Sequence record: ON526983.1
DNA length: 24,000 nt
Origin: Streptomyces phage VieEnRose
Strand: one strand, 5' to 3'
Made by a program: the position numbers and the translations under genes. The notes beneath the pieces are model-generated. The model did no database searches. It was not told where the DNA came from and was given only the letters and a program-made list of their open reading frames with translations. This document shows, one piece after another, positions 22,962-24,000 of the stretch (position 1 is the first letter of the stretch; each line of letters opens with the position of its first letter).

Positions 22962-23488
22962 GCGGTCCCCGAGGGTTCCGAACCGTGGTGAGGCTGTCAC
23001 CCCCAGGATCAGGGGCACCCCTCACATCGGGGACCTTTCGGCCTGCATTCACAGGCCCGGACCGCTTGCGCGGCCCGTCAAGCTCTTGTTTCGGATCTTG
23101 CTGGCAGGGGTTCCGATTCCCTGTCTCCGTTCCCCGTTCGGATCGTTTCCGTTCCGTTCGGTGTGAACGTAGAGCCCTGGTCACCTACTGGCACTGGCAG
23201 CGTTCGTAGCCCTCCGGATCGTGGCATCCCTCTCCGAAGCGTACGGCCTGAACACGGCTGTCGAGTTGAGTCGACGGCGTTGAGTGGCTGTACCCCAGGG
23301 GTTCGACTTCTGCCTCACCGTCCGTCTCCGGTCACCGTGGTGGATACCCACCACTCTCGGAGCCTTCCGACTCGGGGAGCCTATGCCCTGCTTACCCACC
23401 ACACCAGGGAGACCCTGGCTGCGACGTCCCTTTCGGGGGCCGATGAGCGACGTTCTGAAGTTCATGTCTTGCGGTGTTGCTGTTCGCT

Positions 23489-23517
23489 ACACTATCACGC
23501 TTCGTTCAGCGTGTCAA
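23489..23517 (-). promoter_or_regulatory. Strong leftward promoter TTGACA-17-TAGTGT
   Basis: Minus strand TTGACACGCTGAACGAAGCGTGATAGTGT. Confidence 0.75.
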
Positions 23518-23631
23518 GCTGGTCTGTCTCGATTCGCTTGCCGTGTGACTGAGAGCCGTTATCCGGTGATCGTAGATCGCTACCGGGTACTTCACCATCC
23601 CCGGTCACTCCCTGTCTGGCTTGCTGAAGCG

Positions 23632-23661
23632 ACACTATCACGCTTCGTTCGAGCCTGTCAA
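23632..23661 (-). promoter_or_regulatory. Strong leftward promoter TTGACA-18-TAGTGT
   Basis: Minus strand TTGACAGGCTCGAACGAAGCGTGATAGTGT; near-duplicate of the 23489 promoter. Confidence 0.75.
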
Positions 23662-23818
23662 CCTGACCCGCTGTTGAGTTGTGGTGATCGGCCGGTGTTG
23701 CTTGGCCGGTCGGTGTTGCGATGTGCAGAGCTTGGCACACTTGCACAGCTTGCGTCAAGCCCTGATGCAAAGCCGCTGGTCATTGGCCGTTTGGCGCTGC
23801 CTGTTGAGCCCTGATCCT

Positions 23819-23882
23819 GGCCCGTTGTGCGCCGTTCTCTGGCCCGTTGGCCCGTTGCTTGGCCCGTTGGTCCGGCCCGTTG
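23819..23882. repeat. Short direct repeats of GGCCCGTTG (5 copies)
   Basis: Copies start at 23819, 23841, 23849, 23861 and 23874. Confidence 0.7.
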
Positions 23883-24000
23883 CTCGCAAGCCGTGAGAGG
23901 ACCGCGCAACGCGTCGCGTGCGAGCGCGCGAGGGTAGCACGCTGCCTGGGGAGGGTGGGGGATGACCCCTGGTTCGCGGGAAGCCGCACCGCTGCGTCAT

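Noticed and set aside
23163-23814. Plus-strand ORFs 23163..23552 and 23284..23814 as genes
   Set aside because: No RBS or domain support, Ser/Leu/Arg-rich unlikely translations, and they run antisense across the two leftward promoters.
1-24000. CRISPR array, tRNA genes, transposable elements
   Set aside because: No regularly spaced identical repeats with spacers, no tRNA cloverleaf recognised, and no transposase or inverted terminal repeats seen.

Overview
The window looks like the early/replication half of a temperate actinobacterial (probably Streptomyces) tailed-phage genome. Rightward genes (89-8554) include a DnaB/RecA-like ATPase, a Holliday-junction-resolvase-like protein, a zinc-finger and TOPRIM primase pair, a metallophosphoesterase, two sigma-like ORFs, an Lsr2-like protein and a large serine integrase. 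A bidirectional terminator (about 8563-8603) separates them from a long leftward block (22908 down to 8605) containing DnaE-type DNA polymerase III alpha, a dNMP-kinase-like protein and many small phage proteins. The standout is an array of 11 elements on the minus (transcribed) strand between 14932 and 22519. Each matches the complete core of a type II (open stem II) hammerhead self-cleaving ribozyme: GGC-GAA-A[stem III]U-C-[stem I]-CUGAUGA-GCC. Stem sequences differ between copies but pairing is kept, including G-U wobbles. Each copy sits in the short gap just upstream of a leftward gene, most with 23-28 nt between ribozyme and start codon, and several almost touch the upstream stop codon. 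Several copies sit directly downstream of a repeated promoter/operator-like element (GTGATAGTGTCG, often with TTGACA or GTGACA 17-18 bp upstream). My inference is a phage-wide, ribozyme-based mRNA 5'/3' end-processing system. This needs experimental confirmation.
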